Shown here: in pieces, positions 12,163 to 25,200 of the stretch | Layout: every line of letters begins with the position of its first letter | How positions within the stretch are numbered: position 1 is the first letter of the stretch | Assembly (NCBI GenBank): GCA_003971905.1 | Contig: RSEE01000111.1 | Span: 1 to 64,000, forward strand | Direction: 5' to 3' | Length of the DNA stretch: 64,000 bases | Source of the DNA: Moniliella sp. 'wahieum' | Lineage: Eukaryota | Notes under the pieces: generated by a model | What the model was told of the DNA's origin: nothing | The model's database searches: none | What the model saw: only the letters and a program-made list of their open reading frames with translations | Translations under genes and position numbers: made by a program

Positions 12163-12766
12163 TGTCATGGTGACGCTAGTCGCCCTGTGCCCGTTGATCT
12201 GACGTCTCTGCGTGCGCTTGTGGCAGGCAATCCCTAGCGACAGTAGTCGCCCCATGCCAGTGTTTACCTTACCTTTCTACTAGGCTATCCGTGCCGCAGC
12301 CCCGGGTCTCCCCTGTTTTCCCTGTTCTCCATTCTTCCTCTGTTGCCTTGTTTCCCTTTTCGTCCCTGTTGGTAGCAATCGTTCGTAGCTTTCCCCCATG
12401 GTCCATTGGCGTCCCCCTACTCTATCCAGTACAGACAACTCCTCTTCGTTGCTCCTCCAGCCCCGTCGTCAGCTCTCAGCTGTCCCAGGCCAACCTCGGT
12501 CCAGCAGCGTACGTCCTCGCTGCTTCCATCCAGTCCTGAGCCCGAAGGCTTCAGACACACTACTGCGCCCAAGCCAGGGCTACGCAGCCTTGCCACACCT
12601 GCATCCGCCTCTGCTATACGCCGAGAGGCCTCTCCTTGTCCCTCGCTCTCGGAACCACCAACCAGCCCAGCGCGCGTAACTACCGTGAGTCGACCTTCGC
12701 ACCTCCAAGGGATTGTACCCCTTAACCCCCCCAGGGCGGGCCCCCTGGCAGCGCCCGTCCGTGACA
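12163..12766. mobile_element. LTR-like element copy 1 (solo LTR relic)
   Basis: Begins TGTCATGG and ends CCGTGACA (TG...CA, 7/8 terminal inverted repeat). Colinear similarity to 15224-15945. No TSD found. Confidence 0.65.
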
Positions 12767-14199
12767 GCACCAGGCGGAGCACGCGCCATAAGAAGCAGCC
12801 AGTCGTCCATCCCGGGGTCTCCTCCTACGTGATCCTCTGGGTGTCCCACGCGAGTCACATGCTTCCTGCTATTATACGGACTGCAGAACCGTGTTGTCTG
12901 CCACGGGGAATAGGATGCAACGTGAACCTATGTTGCATGCCAGAGTGCTGGTCTCTGGGACAGCGTGACGATGGCAAAGGGGCTCAAGACAACGGTGGAC
13001 TTGGAGAGGAAATGGTATATGGAACGGTGGACAAGGCGGGGGGGCGGGGGGAAAGATGGCCCTGCAGTACAAGGACAGAGGCTGCGGCTTCGAGAGGCTG
13101 CGGCCAAGCCGCAACAGACTGGGCCTTAAGGCCCGTGGCTCCCTCGTGTATCATATACCAACACGTGGATTCGTCTGGATGGAGGACAAACCACCCAGCT
13201 AAGTCCTGAGTCGTGCACGCATTGGTCTTCCATATTAGCGAGAGAGGGAGGAACCCACATAGAACTCACCTCGAGACCGTCCCCCGCTCACCACGCCCCA
13301 ACCGTCTTGCTGCAAGCCACGATCTGCGCGTCGAGCATCGGTTCGAGGCGAGGATCCACAGCTCCCAAAACTGCACCTCCAGTCAGCACCGAGAGAGAAG
13401 GGGAGGGGGGGGGCGTCCGTCTGAGAAGACGTGCGGACCCTGAATCACTTCTAGTACATCTAGTCGCCTAAGTTGACCAGTGTTTTCTTTCCCTTGCTTC
13501 CTTCCTTCCTTCCTTCCTTCCTCCTCAAGGTTCGCACCCGTCTTCGGTACTCGGATAAAGTCGTCGCACAAGCCCCTCGGTAGTACTTAATAGTAGTCCA
13601 ATCCAATGCGTCGTGTGGGGGAACTATAGTGCAGTGTGCCAAGGGCATATAGCCGGACTCTGGCACTCCCGCTCCACTTCCATCCACAGCATCTAGCTCC
13701 GCTAGTAGTTCCGCTCGAGCGCGGTAGTGTGGCTGTCCGACATGCCTCCTTCGAGAAGCCTCGGCAGTCGTAGCTCTTAATCTTCCCTCTCTTCACTACA
13801 CACCCTCCTCCTCCTCCTCCCTCTCCGCTACTCTACTATGGCTCACCAGCAATCAATATTCAATCCCTATCGTCTATTGACCTCTAGTTCTTGATTGCCG
13901 TCGCACTTGGCTTCGGCATCCGGTCACATCAGTCGCTCAACGTCACCAGTGACTAGAATTCCATAGAATCCACTGGTCGGATTACACTATACGCTGGCGT
14001 CTCCTGGCTCGCTAGCCACCCAAGGATCATTCCCCCCCCCCCCCCCACATACTCACACGCCGCTGCAGGATGGTCAACCCCAATGCACTTGGGCCCACCC
14101 TCTCCCATGCAAAGCACGTTAGTTGGTCTCCAACGCTCAGTGCTTGGAAAGAAGAAAGCAAGCCGTCGCCCCCGTCTCGGCCCTCGATCCTGCCCTGAC

Positions 14200-14400
14200 C
14201 CACATAGTGCCACTACCAAGTCAATCATCAGATTTCATTGCAGTTGGTATCCATACAGCGAAGTGGCAGGACAACCTTACATTCGTGGTTCATCGTCCCT
14301 CGCGGCGAAACGCACGTTATGGGAGGCTAAAACCCAATATGTCCATCCTGCTGATGACCCCTCTCGCGGTAAAAATTCCAAGGGACCATACCAGCAACCA
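14200..14400 (+). mobile_element. Degenerate RNase H fragment of a DIRS/Ngaro-type (tyrosine-recombinase) retroelement
   Basis: SIIRFHC...TQYVHPADDPSRG resembles the YVxSxxNPADxPSRG C-terminus of DIRS/Ngaro RNase H. Confidence 0.4.
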
Positions 14401-15223
14401 GCAACATTGCGTCTCACGTTACACGTTACGTCCTCCGTCGGTATCTCATCTTGGATTGGTGGAACGGATGGTTGACCCTGGTTCCTTGGCCGACGTCAGC
14501 ACCTTCGTATAGTACTCCCTCATCCCTATCCCATCTCCATCCCTATTCCCATCCGGTATTGCGGGCACTGCGAGCTCTACGCGCTGCGGTCTTCTCCGTC
14601 ATCGCGTGATAATACTAGGTAGGAGTGCGCAGTGAGTACTTCGCCCGCCACCCTCCCTGCGCAAGATGATTCGGATGCGCGCCCGTCCATCTTCTGTGAT
14701 AAGAATGCATTTCCTTCTCTCCATCCTTGACAGCAGATGGAGATGGGGACAAAAAGGATGAGAGGATGTATTCATCGAGAAAGGCGGCGGGGGATAGTAT
14801 ACTGCGCGGAAGAAGAGAACATGCCAACCGAGTCACATGGAGACAGAAAGGGAAGCCTAGACAAAGGAGAAACAGGATCTAATAAAACGAATCAGAGAAT
14901 TCAGCCAACCTGTGCAGTGTGGTGATCAGGTGGGTCTAATCCCGACAATCCTAGTCATGCTTCTATAGCCCTTCCTTGCAGACGGCGCGGGTCGTGCAAA
15001 CCAATGGCAATAGCACACTGCCTCTTTTTCTATCTCCATAGCTGTACCGTACCTCCCTGTTTGTTCAATCGCGCAACCGCTTCTATGGTGATGTTTTCCC
15101 CGACAAGTTGCTAAGGGCGTACCAACTCGCGACGGCCGGAATCGGGAGTTTGCTCGGGGCATGGGGCCAAGGTATCTACATATCTGTGCCACACGGATGG
15201 CATATCCCTCCCCCCCCCTGCCT

Positions 15224-15945
15224 TGTTACGGACGCCAGCGACAAAGATATGGCCACCCAATTGTCAGTTTCTTCCTTTGCGACTATAGTCACCACGTGCC
15301 GTTCGTTTCGTTATACCCTTCTAGGTTGCCCGTGCGGTAACCTAACCCCCTCCGTTCTTCTCGTTCCCTTGTCTACCTTTATTGCATTGTTTCTCTAGAT
15401 AGCAAACATGGTTCATGATATCCCCCGCGGTCCATTCGCGTCTTCCCACCCTACTCACCAATTTGATCAACTCACTGGTACAGGCAACTTCTCATCTTGT
15501 TGCTCTCCCTCCTCTCGACCTCGTCCTCCAGCCTCTGTCCTCGGCTCTCCACTGTCTCTCAGTGACCCCAGTTCGCGGTGCCACATCGACGCCCAGCTCA
15601 GATCACAGCCGCATGTAGTCCCACTTCTAAAGCCTGTGCCGTCACTAGTACAAGTCCAGGTCCAGCTCTGGTAGTGTTGGTCTTCCGTTGCCCTGCCGTT
15701 TCTACGTCACGAAGGCTTGAGACACGTTACTACTACCCAAGCCTTTGCTATAAGCAGCCTTGCCACACCGGAAGCCGCCTCTGCTATACGTCGAGCGGAT
15801 CTCCTTGTCCCTAGCCTCACTCGGACCCACCAATTACTAGTAGCAAAACGCGGAACTACCATGAGTCGACGTTAAGACCTTCAAGTGATCGTACCCCTTT
15901 ACCCCCCCCCCACAGGCGGGTCCCTGGTGGTCCCCACCCGTCACA
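15224..15945. mobile_element. LTR-like element copy 2, same family as 12163-12766
   Basis: Begins TGTTACGG and ends CCGTCACA. Shares blocks with copy 1, including GCAGCCTTGCCACACC, CCGCCTCTGCTATACG, TCTCCTTGTCCCT, GAGTCGAC and GTACCCCTT. Confidence 0.65.
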
Positions 15946-16499
15946 CACCCTCTACCGTTTGGTACAAGCCCTACCGAGTCCATTAACAGTCGAACCCTAT
16001 CACCCTTGTCCAGTTCCCCGGCACTTAACTGCTTCATTCAACTTCCCTTCTCGTGTTTTCTTTCAAGACTTAACCACCGTTCGGCACCACTGGACTTAAC
16101 CACCGTTCGGCACTAATACTGGCATTGCCCTTCGTGGATTCCTCGCGGGCCACAGCCCAGGGCGTCTCTCATTCTCTGTTCTTACTTCCAATGTTACTCG
16201 TGCCACCCGACACATTTCTCTCTTCGGCATAGCGTTGTAGTTTTCATTCCTCAGTTGTCGGCCTCGCTATAGTGACTACCACAGGATGTGAGCACACTGA
16301 ATGTCGTATTGGACTAGTAAGGAGCTTCTGCGACTGAATCGTCCAGAAGATGGTGAGAGCTCGCAAGGAATGAAAACTGATTCACGTCACTCAGGGTCCG
16401 ACCGCGTGGTCCTTAGTACTACTAGTACGCATTCTTGATCCCTCTTCCATTCGTCTCAAGGCAAAGCAACTTTGCCCATGCGTCCTTCAATCTCCGTGA

Positions 16500-19400
16500 G
16501 CAACGTCAGCACACCCTGATCAGCACCTCCATGGGTCCCATCTGACAATGCTCAAGTTAATGTTCGGAAAGATGAAGTTTCACAACGAAGAAGGCATCGT
16601 CACCGAAACCAACAATCCAGGTGAAAGTGCATCCAATTGATATATCGCAAAAAGGGAGATTAACACCTTCATGGATCGTGAGTCATTCTCCACATGCTCC
16701 TGTATACGGCGGATCATCACGAAAAGACATCATTTATGTTTAAGATATAAAATACCTTCAAAAATGTCAAAGGAGTAATTTTTTGCATGGGTGAGGCAAT
16801 TCTGTCTGCGCGCTGCAGGTCAGTGACGTCGTCGATGTCACCAGCCTGAACGTCAGATATGTCCTCGATGTCATCCCCTTGCAGGTCAGTATGTCCTCGA
16901 TGTCATCCCTTGAACGTCAGATATGTCGCCGACGTCCCCCCTTGAACGTCAGAAACGTCATGGACGTGCCCACGGGCGACGTATCTGACGAATCTGATGC
17001 TCCTTTGCTCGCTCTCCCTGGGTTACTGTTGGTATTACATGTTATACAATTGTCGCCTCGATCGATAGGAATGGGTGACAACATGCCTTCATGCTCACAA
17101 TGGAGGGCAACAACCGCCTTGTATACTGCCGTGGTTTTCCTCCTTCTCTTTTGAGGAAGTTTTACGCCTTCGCAACTCTTCACCGTTTCCAAGAAGCGTG
17201 ATGGCAGCAACGTTCGGCTCTCAGGTCCTTCGGGCCATGCTCATGAAGGATGACACACGCAGAAAGCCCCTTTGCGCTTCACCCTGCGTGTGTATAATGG
17301 CTCTCCGGCTTGGTATGCTAACGCTGTTGGAAAACCCCGTTCAATGTTGGACCCGCGGCTGTGGTAACCCTGCCACCCATGATTTGTTCACTCGGTTGTC
17401 TCCGGATGGTGGACTACTAAGACGCAGAACCAACGGGTTATTAGCATTACGCCTGCATGCGAGTACCTCAATAGTTGGCCATGAGTGAGACTGCAGCCAT
17501 GACACCTGCCCAAAAGCCGAGTAAGTCGGCGTGAGAATCGTCCAATCGATGTGTGGATTCAGAAAATGCGAGAACTCATTCTTAATGAACTTGAGGTTCA
17601 CCATGTCACTGGAGTGAATCATCTCCAGGATTGGCTCATCAAAGCTGTTAGTCTTCTCAAGTGTCTTTATCTCTCAACGAGTCGATTTAGTTGCATTGTT
17701 CGACAGTGGGAACACATTCAGCCATACTTGCTGTCATCATACGGGAGGCGCTGCTGCAAAGGAACCTTCATATAGGATGCAAAGTAGGGGAGCAAAGGGA
17801 ACAGCGGCAAAAAAATAAAGAGCGTAAGATCACGTCCTTGGCTGGACAATCTACTCACATTATTCCCCACAAATCTTGCTACTGCGTCAACAATTACTGA
17901 ACAGGCCAGGGAATGTGTACGTTGTCATGGAATGGAAAGCAGCTGATAATGAGTGTTGTGGTTTTGCATTCACGCTATCTATCCTCTGACAGGAAGGCGC
18001 CATTTGAGTCCTCTCGTGTTATCAAAATGAAAGAATTCGAGATCTTCTCCATCCTAGAAAATTACACCATTTACCAGACTTACGGACTGAAAACATACCC
18101 GACGTCAGGTCAAATGATGTAACCAATATCCCTTGCCTTCGGTGGTCTATGTCGAAGTTAGCAGTGGCTGTTCCTACATTGGCATACACATCCGCGTCAT
18201 GGGATGGATGCAGACGTCGATAATACGATTAAAAATCTTGGGAGCATGATTCGGTTCCGTATGTATTCCTTGTGACAATTAAACGGCAGCATACATATGA
18301 TATCAGTCCCTGGATTCTAAACGGTCTGTTGCCAAGCTGCACAAGCCAGTAATTTTCCGCCCAGTTGCATCGCTCATTCCCGTCGACGTGAAATTTTATG
18401 TATCAACCCAACATGTGCAGACCACGCTCCTATCTGTACATTTCGTGAGCATCCGCTGTTGATTCGCTAAAAATCAATGAATGTAACTCTTAGCTGTATT
18501 TTTGGTGTCATAGTCCGTAACCAGATTTTTGTGGGCTTCTACGCTCTTGGGAAGTCACAGAAATGCAAAGCGATGGAAACTCAATAACTGGGTGCTTGAT
18601 TCCATGGTGTTTGCAATGAATCGGATAAGATCCCGTCGACCAGTGTGTCCCTGAACTGTCGGATAGTAAAAAGTACCACGGTCAGAGTTCAAAAGCTCGA
18701 GAGAGTGACAGTTGGACCATTCGATTCTGCAGGACAGTAAGTTAACAGAGCTCAACTAGTAGAGCCTTATCGTGGTGAATGGGTTTTTGAAAACAGAGCC
18801 TGGTGCGGAACGTTACGAATGTCGAAACTCAAACCCACTCACACCATCGTGGAGTCGTGCCATGTCCGCAGGTGGTCGAAATAGCCTTCACTTTCCTGAT
18901 TCATGGCGCGAGACCCACCTTTGCAACGGATATTTTGGTCTTGTCCACACTTCGTAGCGCGGGACACCGTTTGCCTGTGTGTTTCCTAACTCTACGGAAT
19001 GCTATCCCGTCGTTAAGCAATAGATTATGAATTCCAAGCCAAAGATCCAATAGCATCTCCTCCGCCTTCTGCAACAAATCTGCCAACGAAAATGCAACTC
19101 CTCTTCCTTTGATTTGCCTCTTCTGCTCTTGGCCATTTTGCATCCCATTCGGTGCCAATGTCTCAGTTCTGGCTCTCATTATCCAGCACGTTACTTCGGC
19201 CCAGGCCTGTTACCAATGTAGTCTGCCGATAACGAAATCAGCTGATCGTATGTTGTACGCTCAGATGCCTTCCTTGCCCCAATGGCCCCCGTTCGGATTC
19301 ACAACCAAGCACGAGAATAAAATACAGCGCGCACGAGTTAACCCACACAATGACAATCCTCCCTCCATATCCGTATTTGTTGTGTTGATGAATTGGGCAT

Positions 19401-20850
19401 TATACTAGTGACATGCCACCAGTGTCACCTGAGCAGCAGTGTTCCTATGTTTCATCTCCGTTTCCAATTTGTCTCCAATTGGAGTTGTACAGTAATATCC
19501 CTGGTGTGTTTGGGGATGCCTCCTAGCCCTCGGCAAATGTGCGGTCCTGGTGTAAAAGACCGTGACGCTGATATGCATGTTTGATCATATTGTGAACATG
19601 CACGCGAGAGCACAACTCATCAAGAGTACATGCGACTGGGGCACGGAATTCACTGCCCCACTGTCCTGAAGGGTCGCTGCGGGCTAGCTCGCCTGAACAG
19701 CACGTGCACTCTGCTGCTCCTAGAGAAAGCATTCTTCGTTCAGTCTGTGGACAGCCATGATCTGTTGAGTGAGACGCCACCTGCGGCCCAGCCCATTCCG
19801 CCTCCGGTTTATTCGTTCGTGACCCTCCCATGACAATAGAGTAGCGCGTCAACATGGTTGCTGGCTCATACCACACTACATATGTGCGGGAGCAACCGAA
19901 GTTGGTATTAACCCGTCTGTGTGCCTTAATGGTAACATGTAGTACGCCTCCAATCTCCACGCCAAGAGACTGCACTGCAAGATAAAGGTCTCGTCACTGA
20001 GTCAGTGAGCAGCACCACGGCCTGGGGCTTATTCCTGACCCTCCCTTCTCCCCCCCCCCCACCTGTCCACTCCGATGCCTTGGTAGCTTTTGGAAGGGAG
20101 TGAGCACTCCTGAGTTTTTGAGAAAACCGTCGGGGCAGTGTTCTTGATGTGATGATGGGATATGCTGTCACAGGGAAGAGTGGCACGGTAGCCCAAGCCT
20201 GGTTCTTCGGTGCATCCCTTCCGTTGCTTCTTCCTAGAGGGCAACAATGTTCTCCAGCCTGTGTAATAGATATGTGCAAATGCAATCAGCTAATGCCATC
20301 CGAAATTCTGTTGATCATCGAGTTTACCTCTTGAGGGCTTTGGTGAAGAGATAGTATGCTCATGGGTTATCCCTTCCTTAATAAGAAGGTATGGACACCA
20401 CGAATGCCGTTCGCTTGCTGCCATAGCGCCATTACTGGTAGATGGCGTTTTTTTTCACAGATTGATGGAGGGGTTGTTAGATGCAGTGCTCTGTGTACTG
20501 ACTTGGAAACCCGCTGGTCTCATCAGAGCTTGCACATGCTCATGGAAGGCAAGCACTACCTGCATCTCTGCAGTGTGTTGGCTAGAGGAGAGGGTCTTCT
20601 GGCTGCAAGCCAGAATAACGTTTGTTCCTCTACGGATGGCTATACCCTCCCTATTGTCGTCGGCGATCCGACACAGCTTGTACTTCCATATGCGTGTATC
20701 CATCAAAGGGATGCAAACAGGTGGTTGAAGGATCAAGCAAAAGTGTATACTACTACCCGGCGCCAAGCTGTGGAAGATATATAGGTCATCATCGTCTCGG
20801 GGTTGTATAGCAACATTCTTCGACAGCTACTCTACTCGCGCCCAAAGGGT
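16500..20850 (-). pseudogene. Decayed low-GC coding relic of unknown family
   Basis: GC is visibly lower than in the flanks. Protein-like fragments (e.g. EPILEMIHSSDMVNLKFIKNEFSHFLNPHIDWTILTPTY) are broken by stops. There is a GTGAGT donor near 17858 and ~30-bp repeats at 16820-16960 encoding an acidic DVQGDDIEDI-like unit. Confidence 0.35.
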
Positions 20851-21289
20851 GTTCTGAGCGATGCTCAGAACACACGACGCTAGACGCGAAACCTGCGCCC
20901 GAGTCCAATGAGGTTATGCTGGGGTGCATCTTTCGCCGATTCGCCGAGGCAACCAACGTTCGTAACGAGGAGGGGATGGGTAATGCTGTCGTTTAGCGAA
21001 ACTCTCCGGGGTCATTTGTCCGGAGCATATTGATATACTACTATATAGCACTAATGATGAGATGCTGTGGTTCTCCTGGTGGCAGCGACATCTAAGTGCA
21101 TGCGGTTTTGCAGTGGCACCAGGAAGACAGGAGCTGGATCGAAGCGAGGACCGAGGAGAAGAGAAAGAAAGAGGGTGCTGAAGGAGGAGAATGGAGGATG
21201 TGGTTCTGAGGAGAGGTACAGGAGGCTATGAAAAGTGTAGGGCCCTATATCAGAATAGTCGAGGGTACCGGGAACAGAGGGAGCGCCCG

Positions 21290-21940
21290 GGCGGATAAGA
21301 GGGGACTTAGGATGGCGTGCTTGCGGCATCGCCCCAACAGCCCCACCATCAACAGCATACGGACGAGGCGATGAAGAACGGGCTCGGAAGAGGTACGTGG
21401 TCGAACAGCCCCACCAGCCTCTCATGTGGAGAAGAGGCGTGGACATACGATGAAGGCCCGAGATAAACACCTTCTTCAAGGACGTCGGGTTCCCCCCTTC
21501 AGGGGGTCACCTTGGGTGGGCGGTGGGAAGAGCGTGAGATGGTGGCTTTATTGGCGAGGCATCCACCGGCGGCGTGGCCTGTATGCGCTGGAAACGGGAA
21601 GGCGGCAGCACGACGGCGCGTAAGCCAGTTGGAAGGGTTATTGTTGAGCGCCATCGAGTGGCTCGTGCTTTGGCCAATGTCCCTTTCAGTTGCTCCTCAG
21701 GCCTGGAAGTTCTGTTGTTTTCTCTCTCCTGTTTTTCCTTGTTCCGCAGCTGAGCCCCTGGTGGCGATTCGCTGCTGGCTGCTCTTCCGCGTTTCTGGTC
21801 AGTGGACCGCGAGCCCGCCGGGGAGGATGGGTGTGGGCAGTGGAAAGATGATACCTGCCCTGGAAGAAGGACGGGGGGATCCAGGAGGCGGCTGGCCCCT
21901 GATCGCGTTGGCCAACAGCCATCCTTTTGCCAAGTGAATG
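21290..21940 (-). mobile_element. Degenerate tyrosine recombinase C-terminal fragment (DIRS/Ngaro/Crypton-like)
   Basis: Across frames the minus strand gives LHMR-GG-TTYLFRA and MVGLLGRCRKHAIL, resembling HSxRxGGAT...LGRWxSxAxxxY. Upstream is MALNNNPSN...AAFPFPAH. Confidence 0.45.
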
Positions 21941-22269
21941 AACACCTTCATGGGGCGTGGTCGACACTGCGGGGGGAGGGGGGAGGGGGGGTGACAGAAG
22001 GACCGATACCCCCACTATCCTCTCCTACAGCGACTATGGCGGCTATGGCGAAAGTCCCACGGCGCGCGCGCACGCCACGCGCGACCGGCGAATGAGGTCC
22101 AAGAAGAATGGTTGTGGCCACATGGCAGCGGGGGATGAATGCATACGACTGCCCGTCCTCAAGGAGGAGACGAAAGGGACGAGGCCACGAAGCGAAGCGA
22201 GGGGGGCACTGCGGCACCCAGCGCACCGACGCGGGGAGCGAGAGAAGGAGGAGGGGAAGGCGGGGGGGG

Positions 22270-25200
22270 GCGTCAGGCGTCGGCAGGCGGGAGAGGATGG
22301 TGGTGTGAGCGCCCACAGGTGCAGATGGGCGGCAAGTCAGCTGGTCGCCGGCGGCCAAGCGGCGTGCGCGTGCCCGTGCCCACAGACGCGTTGTTCGACG
22401 CGTGTGCGCGGCGCAGGGCGGTGAGCATCCTTGGTTTTTCCGCCGTACACAGCTCGTAGTCGCACCAAGGAGATCCACTGTCGGGGAACAAGGCGGAGGC
22501 CGTGGTGGGGTGGTCCAAGCAGCCCGGCGGGATTCCATCTTCTTCCTGTGGCAGCGGCAACGACGCTGGTCCCTCGCGCTCGCCCGCCGCGGTCGGTCGA
22601 GGCGGGGCGGAGGGGCCAGCGGCGGCGGCGGCGGCGGCGGGGCAGCTGCCTTCTTGCGCCGGACAGCTTTGGTCTTCTTCTTGCCCAGTCCGGCGCGCAA
22701 CGGCGAGGTCAGGTGGAAGAAGGCTGACGACGTCCGACACGGACAACTCCTCGTTCTCGATCATGGCCAGACCATCGGTTTCCAGGCGGCGGGTGAGCAC
22801 TTGACATGCGTCCAGCAACTCCTGGTGGTCGGAGTGCGGTCCTGGGGCAACAGCTTTTGCGCCGCCGGGAGCTTGAGGAAGGCCTGGATGCCCGGCCCGG
22901 CCGCGGCGAGGTCGGCCATGTCGATGCGGGGGGAAGAGAGCGGCGTGGTCCCTGGCACGGCTGCGGTTTGGTCGCGGCTGTGGCGCTCTCGCTCTGTTCG
23001 GGTTCCTTTTCTGGTTCATTGGCCAGTTCCAAGGACGCGAGGTCCGACGGGCTCATGTCCAGATTTCCCGCCGAAGGCGGGCTGTCCTCAATCATGAGCA
23101 TGATGCGCGCCAGGGTGAACATCTTGAGCCGATGTGTCTGTTTTATCACATCCTCCACTCTTGTCATCTCCGCCGTTGTCGCGAAGGAGTTTGTGCATGG
23201 TCACCACTGGGTCGCGGCCTTCGTCGCGGATCTGGCGAAAGGTGGCCATCCAGTCGCCGAATTGCGTGTGGAACAACTGGTGGGCGGTGAGGAAGAGCTT
23301 GCTATAGATTTCCCGCATGGGCAGGGGCCCCTGGAACGGCGTCGTGGACTTGGAGTCGGGGTGGTCGGGGGTGGGGTCGGAGTTGGAGATAGCGGTGGGG
23401 TTGGGGTGTGAGGTTCGGTTTGGGTTTGGGTTTGGGCCTGGGGAGGGGGTTGGACTTGGGTTTGATGCGGAGCTTGGATTTGGACTTGGACTTGGAAGAC
23501 TTGGGCTTGGATGTGGATGTCTTTTTCTCCGGCTCGTCCGAGAGATAGTCGGCCGGGGGAACAGGGTCGTAATCACCCCCGCATCCATCGGGGTGCGAGC
23601 GATCAGGGCGAGCGTCTCGTCCGACTCGGCGTGGTCAAACATCTGCCGTGCTTCAGCGTGCAACTTGCGGTGCCGGGCCATGCTCTCGACCAGCGCGTCT
23701 CCGTAGAGGGTCGAAGATCCCCTTGGCTCGTTGGCAAGCAAGGTGCTGGGAGAGGGTGCACGTGCCGAACTGTGTGCCCGTGGCGAAGGAGGCCGGTCCG
23801 AGGTGGAAGGTTCATCGGCTACGACTGGGGGTTCCTGTAGCGAACCGCCTCATCCCACGCCTTGGCCATCTCGATCGGCAGTGCCTCGGGCCTTGCAGGG
23901 ACGGACCGAGCGGGGGTGCGAGCAGGCGGGCCGCTGCTCGTGCCCGGTGCGGCTGCCGGCGGGGCAGAGGGCCCGACAGAGTCGCCAGGGGAGGAAGGGC
24001 GGTGGAGGGTGTGAAGCGCGGCCAGGTTGGCCAGCAAGGCAGGGGAGACAGCCTGTTGCGCCACTGTGATTCCGTCAAGAAGGTCCTGGATGAGCAATTC
24101 GGGGCGGGAGGAGGTGTGGCTACGCTGGCTGGCTTGGGCCAACTGTTCTTCCCCGCGTGCGAGGGAGGGCAGACTTTGTTCCAAGGTACGGCCGAGTTGG
24201 GCCAGGGCCGGGCCGAGGCCTTGGTCAGGCCAGGTGGTGTCGGAGGCCAGGACGGGCGGGATGGTGAGGCTGGTGGGGATCGGGAGGGGGGGGTGATGCC
24301 GGGACGCGGCAGGTTGGGTGGGGGGACAAGACAGATTGCGACGGCGGGCCTGGTGCTGCTCTTGGCTGCGGCGAAAAGGGGAAGGTGGAGGACGAGGACG
24401 AGGACGAGTGCAAGGGCAAGGACACGGCGGAGACGAGCGCGTTCCGAGCGGGGGTGGGGGCGGCGGGGGCGAGCCATGCAAGCGAGGGGGCGAAGAAGAA
24501 GAAGAAGGGCTGGGAGCGGCGGCTGGGAGCGGAGGAAACGAAGGGAGCGTCACCCCCACCGGGGGCCAGCGGAACGAGGACGGCAGTGGCGCTGGGGTCA
24601 CCGCCGTCGGCGATGGAGGCGACACGGCCGGCGGGGGGCTGTGCGCCGGGTCCAGCTCACCTTCGCGCTGTCTCGGCAGGAGGCGGGTCGGGCTTCTTGC
24701 CGGCGACGGGGCGCGCATTGGGCGAGGGGGGTCGGCGGGGGGCGCCCTTCTGGGTCTTGGTGGCGAGCGCATGCGCCTTGGCCTTCTCGGCCTTGGACGC
24801 CTTTTCTTCTTGGCGCCGACTCCCGTCGGGGCAGGGCAGGCGGGGGCCCATCAGGCCCGGCAGACGTACCAACTTGGGGTCGGGCCAGGCGCTGCCGTCG
24901 TCGCGAGGAGGGATGGTCACCTCAACAACGGCACTTCCGCCCGCGTCCGGAGCGTGAGGAGGAGGCTCGTGGACATGGACGTAGATGCGTGGCAGCTCCA
25001 GCTGGTTGGCTGCCGCGCTCGACGGTCGAGACGGCGTGCGCCGACCAGGCACGACCTGGGCCAGGGGCGTCTCGTCGGTCGATGGCGTGTGCCTCATTGT
25101 CGCGGATCCAGAGCCGGTACTGGCGTTGATCGTAGTACCGCTGTGCCAGGCGGGTGGAAGGTCCATGGTGTGCGCATCGGACGGTCCCCGCCGGGCCCGC

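Noticed and set aside
10111..12202. Long plus-strand ORFs (e.g. 10656-12173, 10739-12202)
   Set aside because: Antisense shadows of the Ser-rich msb2 mucin in GC-rich DNA, with no protein-like features.
23380..23520. Interstitial telomere or G4 tract (TTTGGG)n
   Set aside because: Short and degenerate; explained as Pro-Asn/Pro-Ser codon repeats of the minus-strand gene.
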